The position numbers were made by a program, and so were the translations under genes. Of a DNA stretch of 64,000 nt, positions 21,007 through 30,548 are shown one piece after another. The stretch spans positions 3,772 through 67,771 of the forward strand of contig CANQTZ010000001.1 of NCBI GenBank assembly GCA_947626865.1, given 5' to 3'. Numbering within the stretch: position 1 is the first letter of the stretch; the number at the start of each line of letters is the position of its first letter. Under the pieces are notes generated by a model. It was not told the origin of the DNA. It worked only from the letters and a program-made list of their open reading frames with translations, and did not search any database. Source of the DNA: an uncultured Clostridia bacterium. Lineage in GTDB: Bacteria > Bacillota > Clostridia > TANB77 > CAG-508.

Positions 21007-21380
21007 GATGGCTTTTTTATAGTTACAATCACAGCCAATAAACTTTATATGTCAAAATATTAATATATTATTTATTTGTAACTCCCAACTGCATAACAGA
21101 CTTTAATCCAAAGTGGGTAAATAATTGTATTTTTTAATAACTGCGTAAGCGAACAAACGAGTGAAACGAGTGCGATTGGAGCAACTTACATACTAGTATT
21201 TTTTAATTATGGAAGTTGCGACACACAAAGTTATGAAAAAATACAATTATTCTACCCACTTTATAAACAGTCTGTAATTTGTTGGTCCCCCCGAATTGTT
21301 ACCAATAAATAATATATTAATATTTTGACCCTATAAATATAAATTTGGCTATGAATTGTAACTTTTAATAAAGTCATCAT
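21007..21380. repeat. 374-bp long imperfect palindrome between convergent genes
   Basis: The left arm TGATGGCTTTTTTATAGTTACAATCACAGCCAATAAACTTTATATGTCAAAATATTAATATATTATTTATTTGTAAC pairs with the right arm GTTACCAATAAATAATATATTAATATTTTGACCCTATAAATATAAATTTGGCTATGAATTGTAACTTTTAATAAAGTCATCA. Inner arms also pair (..AAAGTGGGTAAATAATTGTATTTTTTAATAAC.. / ..GTTATGAAAAAATACAATTATTCTACCCACTTT..). Confidence 0.85.
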
Positions 21381-21389
21381 TGTTTATTT

Positions 21390-22523
21390 CTATGATATTT
21401 CTTTTTTTGCTACTAGTTTGAAAGTAACGTAATCTTCTATTATTATTTTTATTACAGCCATTAGAGGAACTGCTAAGAACATTCCTATTATTCCAAAATA
21501 TGCTCCACCAACAGTAACTGCAAAAATTATTAATATTGGACTAATTTTTAGAGACTGTCCTACAATTTTAGGATTTATAATATTTGCATCTATTTGTTGC
21601 AATATAATAACAACTATTAGCATCCAAATGGTTTGTGACATTCCTCCTGTAATCAAAGTTATAAGTGCTGATATTGAAATTGCAATAATTGCTCCAATAT
21701 AAGGTATCATATTGAATAATCCAATAAAGAAACCTAGTAATGGTGCATACCTTATTCCCATAATGCTCATTGCAATTGTTGTTAAAACTCCTATCACAAT
21801 TGCATCTAAAAATTGACTAGCAATAAATCGGAAAAATATTTCATTTGAATCTCTAAAATAATGATTTAGATTTTTATACGCTGTGTCTTTTAAAACAGCA
21901 CTAGCAAATCGTTTTAAAAATTGAACTATTTGTGTTCTCTCTAGCAAAATATAAACCGAAACCACTACTGCTACAAAAACATTAAATAATCCTGTTACAG
22001 CATTAATTGCACTCATAATATAAACAAAAATCTTATCTATATTAATATACTGTTTTATATCTATATGTTGAATCTCCTTAACAATTTCTTGTACTGCTTG
22101 TCCCTTAAAAAAAGAATCTGCTGGTAATTGATTATATCTTTGTATCGCTGTTTCGATATATGTTTGCATATTACCAATCAAATCCATAATGCTCTCTATC
22201 ACAACTGGTAAAATAAAATTAAATAAAATAATCAGAAGCAACAAAACAATCATATAAACCGTAAATATCCCTAACCCTCTTGCTCTTTTTTTAATTGCCT
22301 TTGTTTTACTTCTTCTATATGCCCTTTCTATTTTCTGACATGGGATATACAACAAATAACTAATTAAAATTCCAACCAAAAATGGGCTTAAAATACTAAA
22401 AAAATCTCCCAACATTTTCATAACATCTGGGAAACTATCCAAAGCCTTATAAACAACTATAATAGCCACTCCCAAAGTAAACCAATAAAACCATTTTCTA
22501 GCATGGTTTTTTATTTCATTCAT
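21390..22523 (-). CDS. AI-2E family transporter (PerM-like permease)
   Basis: 377 aa polytopic membrane protein. The C-terminal region ..NPKIVGQSLKISPILIIFAVTVGGAYFGIIGMFLAVPLMAVIK.. is characteristic of the family. Confidence 0.85.
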   Translation of the reverse strand: MNEIKNHARKWFYWFTLGVAIIVVYKALDSFPDVMKMLGDFFSILSPFLVGILISYLLYIPCQKIERAYRRSKTKAIKKRARGLGIFTVYMIVLLLLIILFNFILPVVIESIMDLIGNMQTYIETAIQRYNQLPADSFFKGQAVQEIVKEIQHIDIKQYINIDKIFVYIMSAINAVTGLFNVFVAVVVSVYILLERTQIVQFLKRFASAVLKDTAYKNLNHYFRDSNEIFFRFIASQFLDAIVIGVLTTIAMSIMGIRYAPLLGFFIGLFNMIPYIGAIIAISISALITLITGGMSQTIWMLIVVIILQQIDANIINPKIVGQSLKISPILIIFAVTVGGAYFGIIGMFLAVPLMAVIKIIIEDYVTFKLVAKKEIS

Positions 22524-22546
22524 ATATTTCTTTACCTCCCTTGTTG

Positions 22547-23302
22547 CTATATTGCGATTTCAAGTCCTACTGGACAATGGTCACTTCCCAAAACTTCTGA
22601 ATAAATACTAGCCTCTTGTATTTTCTCTTTTACATCATTTGACACAATAAAATAATCAATTCTCCAGCCAACATTCTTCTCTCTTGCTCGTCCCATATAA
22701 GACCACCAGCTATAAGCATTTTCTTTTTCTGGATACAAAAAACGAAAACTATCCGTAAAACCTGCTTGCAATAGCAACGTCATTTTTTTTCTCTCTTCAT
22801 CAGTAAAACCCGCATTTCCTCTATTACTTTTTGGATTTTTTAAATCTATTTCTTGATGTGCTACATTTAAATCTCCACACATAATTACTGGTTTTGTTTT
22901 ATTCAAATTTAATAAATAATTTCGTATTTCATCTTCCCACACTTGCCTATAATCCAATCTTTCTAACTCTCTCTTAGCATTAGGTGTATAATTATTTACC
23001 AGATAAAACCCTTCAAATTCTAACGTAATAATTCTTCCTTCCTTGTCATGTTCTTCCCTTCCTATACCATAAGTAACTGAAATTGGCTCTTTTTTTGAAA
23101 AAATTGCCGTTCCTGAATATCCCTTTTTTTCTGCACTATTCCAGTAGCTATAATAATTAGGAAATGTTAAATCGATTTGTTCTGGCTGACACTTTGTTTC
23201 TTGAATACAAAAAATATCTGCTTGTTCTTTCATAAAAAAATCTTCAAATCCCTTATTTACACATGCTCTTATTCCATTTACATTCCACGAAATTAATTTC
23301 AT
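22547..23302 (-). CDS. xth: exodeoxyribonuclease III
   Basis: MKLISWNVNGIRA..., QETK, GDLNVAH, SDHCPV motifs. Confidence 0.95.
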   Translation of the reverse strand: MKLISWNVNGIRACVNKGFEDFFMKEQADIFCIQETKCQPEQIDLTFPNYYSYWNSAEKKGYSGTAIFSKKEPISVTYGIGREEHDKEGRIITLEFEGFYLVNNYTPNAKRELERLDYRQVWEDEIRNYLLNLNKTKPVIMCGDLNVAHQEIDLKNPKSNRGNAGFTDEERKKMTLLLQAGFTDSFRFLYPEKENAYSWWSYMGRAREKNVGWRIDYFIVSNDVKEKIQEASIYSEVLGSDHCPVGLEIAI

Positions 23303-23417
23303 ATCTCATTCCCTTCCTTTTTTATTGTTTCTTATTTTACTATAAAACATGAAAAATAGCAAGTTTCCTTGCTATTTTTCTGTTGGTCTCATTATAAACA
23401 ACGAATTATAATTTTTT

Positions 23418-24353
23418 TTAATTTGCTACACTTACAGATAAATATCTAACGCCCCATTGTAATGCTTCTGCATGTGAGCCAACAAATATATCAATTCTAT
23501 TTCCTTGGATAGCACCACCTCTATCTTCTACTGTATAAATATGCCCTCCAATATTTAATTTTGTTCCAAAAGCAAATTTGCTAGGTGCTGCTACTGTTCT
23601 TCCTGCTGTTGCTTGTGTTCCAGAAGCTGTTCTGCCTGTAGTTTTTCCACAACATTTAGCACATGGGCAATATGCTGTTATTTTATAAGTTCCTGAACTT
23701 GCAGTTGTTGCAGTATTTGATGTTCTTGGTAAAGTAGAACTTCTTGATGTTTGTAATTTTTGAACTTGTACAATTTTTTGTATAGGTTCTTGAATTACAA
23801 CTTCTGATAATTGTGTTCTTTCAATTTCTTGCTCGTTTTGATATTTTACTTTATAGGTAACTTCTTTTATGCCTTCTTTTCCTTCTTGCAATACTTTATT
23901 TGTAACGTTTGCCTCTTCCCCTGTTGCATTTTTAGTAACTGTTTCATAAGGTATTGGCACTTGCTCTACTACTATTTTTTCAGTAATTGGTGCATACCCT
24001 TCTAATAATTGATTCAAAGAATTTTGAATACCATCTTCAGATATTTTTGCAATCTGAACTTCCTGATAAGACTTGTCTGTTATTTTTATGCTTTCCCCTG
24101 CGACTAATTCGCTCTCTAAGTCTGGAATTGTTTTTTGATCTTCCTCAAGTATAATGTTGTTTTCTTTTAATATGTCTGCCACTTTTGTTTTTGATGTTAA
24201 TACAGTCATTTCATAACCATTTTGAAGTACGATTTTGATATCATTTAACTGTGTATTAACTGCCATTACTCCTATTCCTGATATAAAAATAAGTAAAATA
24301 CTAATTGCAATAATCCTGATGATTGAAATAGAAGCTTTTTCTTGTTTTTTCAT
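23418..24353 (-). CDS. YabE-like cell-wall protein (DUF348 / G5 / 3D domains)
   Basis: N-terminal TM segment, a G5-like middle (GKEGIKEVTYKVKYQNEQE), and a C-terminal 3D/RlpA-like domain (ITAYCPCAKCCGK..TASG.....VEDRGGAIQGNRIDIF). Start set at MKKQEK after GGAGGG. Confidence 0.8.
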   Translation of the reverse strand: MKKQEKASISIIRIIAISILLIFISGIGVMAVNTQLNDIKIVLQNGYEMTVLTSKTKVADILKENNIILEEDQKTIPDLESELVAGESIKITDKSYQEVQIAKISEDGIQNSLNQLLEGYAPITEKIVVEQVPIPYETVTKNATGEEANVTNKVLQEGKEGIKEVTYKVKYQNEQEIERTQLSEVVIQEPIQKIVQVQKLQTSRSSTLPRTSNTATTASSGTYKITAYCPCAKCCGKTTGRTASGTQATAGRTVAAPSKFAFGTKLNIGGHIYTVEDRGGAIQGNRIDIFVGSHAEALQWGVRYLSVSVAN

Positions 24354-24585
24354 ATAAATATATTCCCTCCTTTTTGGAAACAATATTATTATACTATTTT
24401 TTTATATTTTTGTCAAATTTGTCAAATTATGTCTTCCGTAGTAAAAACTGCTATTTTTCTATACATTTTTGCCATAAAATTTTTCATTGGCTATAAAATA
24501 AAAAAAATAGTATAACAATTTGTCCCTAATAATCTTAGGTATTTATACTATTATATGTATCAAATTTTTAAATATGACTTTTTTG

Positions 24586-25362
24586 TTAAAATTTAAATAA
24601 TTTTTCTGCATTTTGATAAGTCATTTTTGCTACTTCTTCTACTGCAATCTGCTTTACTTGGGCAATTTTTTGTGCCATATATTTTACATTTCTTGAATCA
24701 TTTCTTTTTCCTCTAAAAGGTTCTGGAGATAAATATGGACTATCTGTTTCTATTAATATTTTTTCATTTGGTACTATTTTTATTACTTCATCAGCATTTT
24801 TTGAATTTTTGAAGGTTATCGGTCCTGCAAATGATATATAAAATTCTAATTTTAAAGCTTCTTTTACTAGTTCTGGATTTAATGGACAACAATGAAACAC
24901 ACCTTTTCTTTGCACTTCATTTTGTTTTAATATTTGGATTGTATCCATAACCGCTTCTCTTGTGTGAATTACAATTGGTAATTCTAATTTATTTGCTAAT
25001 TCTATTTGCTTAATAAACGCAAGTTTTTGCATATCTTTATTTTCTTGATTCCAATGATAATCTAAACCAATTTCGCCAATTGCAACTACTTTTTTATTTA
25101 ATTTTGTCATTTCTTCAATTTCTTCTAACATTATCCACAATTCTTCTTCAGTTTGTGGAATATCATTTGGAGAAATACCACAAGTTGCATAAATAAAATC
25201 ATAGCATTTTGATAACTCAACCGCTTTTTTAGAACCTTCCAAACTGTATCCAGCTGAAATTAGTTTTGTAATACCTTCTTTTTTTATTTGTTCTATTATT
25301 TCTTCTCTATCTTCATCAAATTTTTCATCATCTAAATGTGCATGACTATCCAAAAGTTCCAT
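24586..25362 (-). CDS. tatD: TatD-family metal-dependent hydrolase/DNase
   Basis: MELLDSHAHLD..., GEIGLDYHW, IHTREA, ETDSPYL. Confidence 0.92.
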   Translation of the reverse strand: MELLDSHAHLDDEKFDEDREEIIEQIKKEGITKLISAGYSLEGSKKAVELSKCYDFIYATCGISPNDIPQTEEELWIMLEEIEEMTKLNKKVVAIGEIGLDYHWNQENKDMQKLAFIKQIELANKLELPIVIHTREAVMDTIQILKQNEVQRKGVFHCCPLNPELVKEALKLEFYISFAGPITFKNSKNADEVIKIVPNEKILIETDSPYLSPEPFRGKRNDSRNVKYMAQKIAQVKQIAVEEVAKMTYQNAEKLFKF

Positions 25363-25404
25363 ATTCTAAACATTCCTTCCTACTTATATTATTTGATAAT
25401 GTTT

Positions 25405-25782
25405 TCAGGTTGTTACCACTACTGTTGCAACCGCATATTCATGACAATGTGATATACTCAAATCAATATTTTGTATTGATGTTTTCAGATTATTCAATAC
25501 CCTTAATTCTGGTCTTCCTTGTTCATCATTAACTACTTCAAAATCTTTCCAAAGAATTGAATATTTATTTTCTATTTGTTTTGAAAGCGCTTTAAAAGCT
25601 GCCTCTTTGGCAGCAAATCTAGCAGCATAATGCTGATATTTTTGATTTTTCTTGCTTTCGCAATACGCAATTTCTTGAGGGGTAAATATTCGTTCTTTTA
25701 AAGATGTACCTGTTTTTTCATCTTCCAAGGATTTTCGAATTCTACAGATTTCTATAATATCTGTCCCACAAAAAACCTTCAT
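25405..25782 (-). CDS. acpS: holo-[acyl-carrier-protein] synthase
   Basis: 125 aa, GTDIIEICRI, FAAKEAAFKAL, ISHCHEYA. Confidence 0.9.
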   Translation of the reverse strand: MKVFCGTDIIEICRIRKSLEDEKTGTSLKERIFTPQEIAYCESKKNQKYQHYAARFAAKEAAFKALSKQIENKYSILWKDFEVVNDEQGRPELRVLNNLKTSIQNIDLSISHCHEYAVATVVVTT

Positions 25783-25803
25783 ACTCTCCCCTCTTTCTTT
25801 GTT

Positions 25804-27036
25804 TTATTTATTTGTTAATGCGATGAAATTAAATAAGTTTAGCAATAATGATATTACTAATATAATGCCAATTACAATTGTTGCTCTTCTATCTTTTTCA
25901 ATATTTAATTCTTTATAAAATACATCATATTTATTTTTTATTTCCATATATAAATTGTCTAACTCTAATACCTCTTGTATTTTATGATTTAACAAAGTTC
26001 CTGTTTCATCTTCCGTAATTTCTTGAATCCACAAATTCTTTGTAAATTCGACAAATTTCTTCCTTGCAATTTTTATTGTTGCGCTATTTTTTAATTCTAT
26101 ACCAATTTTTCTTAAATATATTTTCTTATATAAGTTTAAAATATAAGTATAGAAATATTCATTTTCATATTCTTCTGGAAGGACTGTATAATTATTTAAG
26201 TCCTTACTTGAAGAAAATAATGTCATTGCAGACTTTGTTAAACCTAATTTTGCATATTTCCATTTAGAAAATGTTTCCACCTTGTCATATTCATAATCGC
26301 GACTATTATCTGCTGGCAAGATATTTGCATATTTAACAAATTGATTTTGAATTACATCAAAACTTTTTTCTGGATTCCAAGCCTCTTGATCCAAGCAAAC
26401 ATACGAATATGTTAAAAATCGCTCTGTATCAATATTAAGTTCAGTAGCCTCACTATTTGAACCAGTAATTCCATGTATAAAATCTTGAAAACTTTCAATA
26501 TCTGAAAAACTATCTGTTTGAATTCTAATATTATCATAGTCTTCAAATTTTATTGATTCATTCATACTATCTTTAAATTTATAATTAAAGTTCAAAACAT
26601 TAGCAAAATCCATGTATTCTTCTATATTTGTTTTAAATGATAAAAAACAAATTCCTGTACGAAAACATATTATTTCCATTTTTTGAATATTAAAGAAAAT
26701 CCCATTTTTCTCATCTATTTTTCCTTGTATATCCTTTTCTAAATTATATTCAAAAATATTACATGGGTTTTGTGCCAATAAGGCTGCTCTTGTTTCTATT
26801 GGCAATTCTTCTAGTTTTTTTCTTTTGGTATTTCCATAGCTAAAGCTAGAAAATAAGAAATTTCTAGTTTTAGGCAAAAAGTATTGGTATAATTTAAAAT
26901 CTTTTTCTTTTTGAAATACTTTTAAATTACAATTTTTGTCTCTTAATAGTTTTAATAGGTATTTTTGATATTTCCCCTCTTTTACCACAAAAGGGTATAT
27001 AAAGTATGTATACTGATAATTCGTCTTTAGTTCCAT
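25804..27036 (-). CDS. hypothetical protein with C-terminal transmembrane anchor
   Basis: 410-aa ORF, 22 bp upstream of acpS. C-terminal ATIVIGIILVISLLLNLFNFIAL. I recognise no family. Confidence 0.5.
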   Translation of the reverse strand: MELKTNYQYTYFIYPFVVKEGKYQKYLLKLLRDKNCNLKVFQKEKDFKLYQYFLPKTRNFLFSSFSYGNTKRKKLEELPIETRAALLAQNPCNIFEYNLEKDIQGKIDEKNGIFFNIQKMEIICFRTGICFLSFKTNIEEYMDFANVLNFNYKFKDSMNESIKFEDYDNIRIQTDSFSDIESFQDFIHGITGSNSEATELNIDTERFLTYSYVCLDQEAWNPEKSFDVIQNQFVKYANILPADNSRDYEYDKVETFSKWKYAKLGLTKSAMTLFSSSKDLNNYTVLPEEYENEYFYTYILNLYKKIYLRKIGIELKNSATIKIARKKFVEFTKNLWIQEITEDETGTLLNHKIQEVLELDNLYMEIKNKYDVFYKELNIEKDRRATIVIGIILVISLLLNLFNFIALTNK

Positions 27037-27063
27037 ATATATTCCTTCTTCCTAAATTATTTT

Positions 27064-28593
27064 TTATAATTGATTATAGTAATTCATATTAATATCTTTT
27101 CCTAAATGCCATCTTCCAATAAAGTCTATTTTTAAATAATCATCTAATTGGTATGTTGGTTCTTGAATAACTTTTCCTTGACTATCAACAACTCCCCATT
27201 TTCCATCCTTTTTTATTCCTGCAAAACCAAACTTGTTTTGTTCTGTTGCATCATCATATTGATAATCAATAACCACATTTCCGTCTTTATCTAAAAAGCC
27301 ATATTTACCATCTTTTTTGCTTTTAAATAATGTACTTGTTGTATAAATTTCTGATATTCGTTTTTCCTCGAATTGAAAATTGTAATATCTGTATTCTTCA
27401 TCTTGTTTTAGTTCAATATAACCTTTTTCTTCATCTAAGTCAATTAAAATTCCAGATTGTTTAACAGCAAATTCACCATCTATTATGTCATTACTGTAAT
27501 CTTCTTTTTCTGCAATGTAAAGGTTAGCCTTTTCTTGATATGTAATAGATGTATAATTAGGCTGTACTTTCATATTTTTTTGGATATCCATAAGACCATA
27601 TTTTCCATTTTCTTTTACAAGAAAAACGCCAGATTTTATTTCTTTTAATTCTTCGTATTGGGGCTCTATTGTAACTTCGCCTGTTGTTTTCATAATTCCA
27701 TATTTTCCTTCTTTTGTGTAGATTATGCCATCTTCTGGATTTTTTAGAATTTGTTTGATTTCATCAAATTGGTCTTTTAAGATTTCTGTTCCATCATTTT
27801 TTACTAAAATCTGCTTTCCTTCTTGCTTTATAACATACATATCATTTCCATAGATTTTTACAATTTCTTCATAGTTAGGTGCTAATAGTTGTTGGTTTGA
27901 GTTGTTTACAATACCATATTTGCCTTCTTCTGTTTTTACAATGAAGCCGTCTTGCAATGTTTTTCCAAGTGGCATGATGTCTGCATATTGTGTTGGTATA
28001 ATTTCTTTGCCTTCTTGGTTTATTAATCCATATTTGTTTTCTTTTTTTACTTTTAATGTATTTTTTATAGTTGGTAATGATGTAATTTCATCATAGTCAA
28101 AATTTGTTAGTTCTTTTCCTTCTATGTTTATAATTCCATATTTACCATCTTTTTTTACTTTTATTGTGTTTTCTTCATACCATACATTGTTGTTTTCATC
28201 TTGATTTGAAATTGTTTCTACTTGCTCATATTGTGTGAATATTTCTTGATTGCTACTGTTTAATGCTTTTGTTTTGTATTCCCCTGTTTCGTAATTGACA
28301 TCATATACGCATAAGAATACATCTTTTTTGCTGTTTGGAATTGTTATCATTTCTTGATATGATGGGTCTATTACGGTACTTCCTGTAGAATCAATTATTC
28401 CCCATTTGTTGTCTTTGAAAACTGCAAAGTAGTCTTTGCTTGTGATTTTTACTTGCTCTTTGTCTTTTGTTAGGATACCACTTACCATAATTATGCACAT
28501 GATTAATACTATGAATGCTATAATTACTGCAAATACTTTTTTTAAGTTTAGTTTTCGTTCTTCGTATCGCTTTCCTCTGCTCACTTTTTTCAT
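27064..28593 (-). CDS. WG-repeat (KWG-type) protein, membrane-anchored
   Basis: 509 aa with an N-terminal TM segment. Repeated motifs: KWGIIDSTG, GKYGIINIEGKE, NKYGLINQEGKE, GKYGIVNN, GKYGIMKTTGE, GKYGLMD, GKYGFLDKDGN, GKWGVVDSQGK. Confidence 0.8.
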   Translation of the reverse strand: MKKVSRGKRYEERKLNLKKVFAVIIAFIVLIMCIIMVSGILTKDKEQVKITSKDYFAVFKDNKWGIIDSTGSTVIDPSYQEMITIPNSKKDVFLCVYDVNYETGEYKTKALNSSNQEIFTQYEQVETISNQDENNNVWYEENTIKVKKDGKYGIINIEGKELTNFDYDEITSLPTIKNTLKVKKENKYGLINQEGKEIIPTQYADIMPLGKTLQDGFIVKTEEGKYGIVNNSNQQLLAPNYEEIVKIYGNDMYVIKQEGKQILVKNDGTEILKDQFDEIKQILKNPEDGIIYTKEGKYGIMKTTGEVTIEPQYEELKEIKSGVFLVKENGKYGLMDIQKNMKVQPNYTSITYQEKANLYIAEKEDYSNDIIDGEFAVKQSGILIDLDEEKGYIELKQDEEYRYYNFQFEEKRISEIYTTSTLFKSKKDGKYGFLDKDGNVVIDYQYDDATEQNKFGFAGIKKDGKWGVVDSQGKVIQEPTYQLDDYLKIDFIGRWHLGKDINMNYYNQL

Positions 28594-28717
28594 TCCTTGC
28601 TTTGTTATATTTAGGTTTTTAATAGGTTTTGCCTATAAACCTTTGGTGTGTTTTGATATACTATATCATAAAATGATTGGAATTGCAACTACTAGATAAT
28701 GCTTTCAAAAAATTTTT

Positions 28718-28877
28718 GTTACAGGATAATGGTTTCAAAGCGAGTGTTCCCTTGCAGTATAAGATTTTCATTACATGTCACGGTTTGTTGCGAAATTTAA
28801 GAAATTCTAATTTATTTTATGGCACCCTTTCTAAGTACGTGAACTATTTCCATAAAATTGCATAGAATTTCTAAAAT
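28718..28877 (+). repeat. hairpin repeat element, copy 3 (right arm missing)
   Basis: Starts GTTACAGGATAATGGTTTCAAAGCGAGTGTTCCCTTGCAGTATAAGATTTTC and matches the core up to ..GCATAGAATTTCTAAAAT. It ends exactly at the ATG of ORF 28878. Confidence 0.85.
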
Positions 28878-29615
28878 ATGGCAGATAATCAAGACATAGA
28901 AGACAAAATAATATTAAATAAAGATGGGAATTTAACAAGAATAAGAACAGACAGAGAAAGATATGAAGAAAATTCACAAAACGAGCAACCAAAATATGAT
29001 AAAAATGCACAAATCAGCTTAGAACAAGTTTATGACCATATCAAACCGCATTATAGAAAAGATACAAATTGCATATCACTTTCCAGTAATGCTAATGTTT
29101 CAATTTCTTATGGAAGAGGATTTTATAAAGACAGATATATAATGGTAAAAGTTCCTAAAAATGAAATGGGAGAAAAGGTTATAAATGCTGGGCAATATAT
29201 GTTAGAAGAAATAGAGAAAAAAATCAATGAATATATTTCTCATGCAAATATTGATAATAAATTAGAAAAAGCTTTATTTCAAATAGATAATAGCAAAACA
29301 ATAGATGAATTTAGGGAAATACTAGAAACAACATTCACATCAAAAGAAAAATTAAATCCACATAAAGCAAAATTAAGAAATGGAATTAAATATAAATTAC
29401 CAGTATCAATAATTAGTAATTATCAAGCCTTAAATGAAGAGCAATCATTAGAACTTATACATTATGGAGATATAAGAAAAGAAGAAATTATAGATATACC
29501 GAAAGAAATTGTAGATATTTTTGCTATTTTACAACAGACAGAGGGACAAGACATACAAATTATTATAGATTTAAAAAAACAAATAGTCCGCTTTATAAGA
29601 GATTTAATGAAATAA
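28878..29615 (+). CDS. hypothetical protein (245 aa), no recognisable family
   Basis: Ordinary, non-low-complexity composition. The start codon abuts the truncated repeat, and no clear RBS is visible. Confidence 0.4.
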   Translation: MADNQDIEDKIILNKDGNLTRIRTDRERYEENSQNEQPKYDKNAQISLEQVYDHIKPHYRKDTNCISLSSNANVSISYGRGFYKDRYIMVKVPKNEMGEKVINAGQYMLEEIEKKINEYISHANIDNKLEKALFQIDNSKTIDEFREILETTFTSKEKLNPHKAKLRNGIKYKLPVSIISNYQALNEEQSLELIHYGDIRKEEIIDIPKEIVDIFAILQQTEGQDIQIIIDLKKQIVRFIRDLMK

Positions 29616-29623
29616 AGATATTT

Positions 29624-30022
29624 TTATTTCATTAAATCTTCTAATGTTTTGCTATTTACATATTCATTAATTGTTTCATCTAATCCTTTCCAAAATGAAT
29701 ATGTTTTACAATTTTTCCTTTTTTCGCATTTTCCTTCTTCTGTTACGCAATCAATTGGGGTTAGTTTTCCTTCTGTTGCTCGTAAAATATCTCCTACCGT
29801 GTATTGATTTGGTTTCTTGGATAATCTATATCCCCCATTATTTCCTCTAGCTGTTTCTAAATAACCTGCTTTATTTAACATTGCTATAATTTGTTCTAAA
29901 TATTTATTTGAGATTTCTTGTCTTGTTGCGATGTCTTTTAATGATATAAATTTTCCTTCATTGTTCATTGCTAAGTCTAACATGACTGTTAGTGCATATC
30001 TTCCTTTGGTGGATATTTTCAT
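29624..30022 (-). CDS. Rrf2-family transcriptional regulator
   Basis: MKISTKGRYALTVMLDLAMN...ISLKDIATRQEISNKYLEQIIAMLNKAGYLETARGNNGGYRL, with Cys residues in the C-terminal third. Confidence 0.9.
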   Translation of the reverse strand: MKISTKGRYALTVMLDLAMNNEGKFISLKDIATRQEISNKYLEQIIAMLNKAGYLETARGNNGGYRLSKKPNQYTVGDILRATEGKLTPIDCVTEEGKCEKRKNCKTYSFWKGLDETINEYVNSKTLEDLMK

Positions 30023-30113
30023 TTTTTCTCCCTTCTACTACTTTTTGTCTTTTTATAGGATATCATATTTTTTTTTATTTTTCAAATTTTTTGTGACTTA
30101 GCATGGTTCTTAT

Positions 30114-30145
30114 AGTTACAGTATAATGGTGTCATTATACTGTAA
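30114..30145. repeat. perfect 14-bp stem / 4-nt loop hairpin that shares the terminal motif of the hairpin element family
   Basis: GTTACAGTATAATG-GTGT-CATTATACTGTAAC. Compare the element termini GTTACAGGATAATGGT (copy 2) and GTTACAGCTTAATGGT (copy 4). Confidence 0.7.
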
Positions 30146-30251
30146 CCTCTTATATCTTAGAATTTTTTAAAATTTGTAATATTTTTCATATTTTTGCATA
30201 TATTAATAATGATTTTTTTATTATAAAATTTTATTAAATAAAAAAAATGTA

Positions 30252-30281
30252 TTGACAAAATTAATATATAAGATGTATAAT
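30252..30281 (+). promoter_or_regulatory. candidate sigma-A promoter for tRNA-fMet
   Basis: TTGACA (30252-30257), an 18-nt spacer, then TATAAT (30276-30281), about 17 nt upstream of the tRNA 5' end. Confidence 0.5.
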
Positions 30282-30297
30282 AAACTATGTAATACAT

Positions 30298-30373
30298 CGC
30301 GGGGTGGAGCAGTTGGCAGCTCGCAGGGCTCATAACCCTGAGGTCGGTGGTTCGAGTCCATCTCCCGCAACCA
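30298..30373 (+). tRNA. initiator tRNA-Met (anticodon CAT)
   Basis: 76 nt: CGCGGGG acceptor with a C1:A72 mismatch, anticodon stem GGG/CCC around CTCATAA, T-arm GGTGGTTCGAGTCCATC, encoded CCA. Confidence 0.9.
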
Positions 30374-30378
30374 ATTAT

Positions 30379-30400
30379 GAGGCAAAAAGCCTCTTTTTTT
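30379..30400 (+). terminator. rho-independent terminator after the tRNA
   Basis: GAGGCAAAAAGCCTC followed by TTTTTTT. Confidence 0.7.
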
Positions 30401-30548
30401 ATTTTAAAATATTTTATATTATTTTATAAGAAGAGTATATAAGAATAAAAATGGCAATAGATTTACAGTTCAAAGTGCAAAAATTGCACTTTAAACATTG
30501 ATATTACATTTAATATTTGATATAATATATATGTAGGAGGTATTTCTA

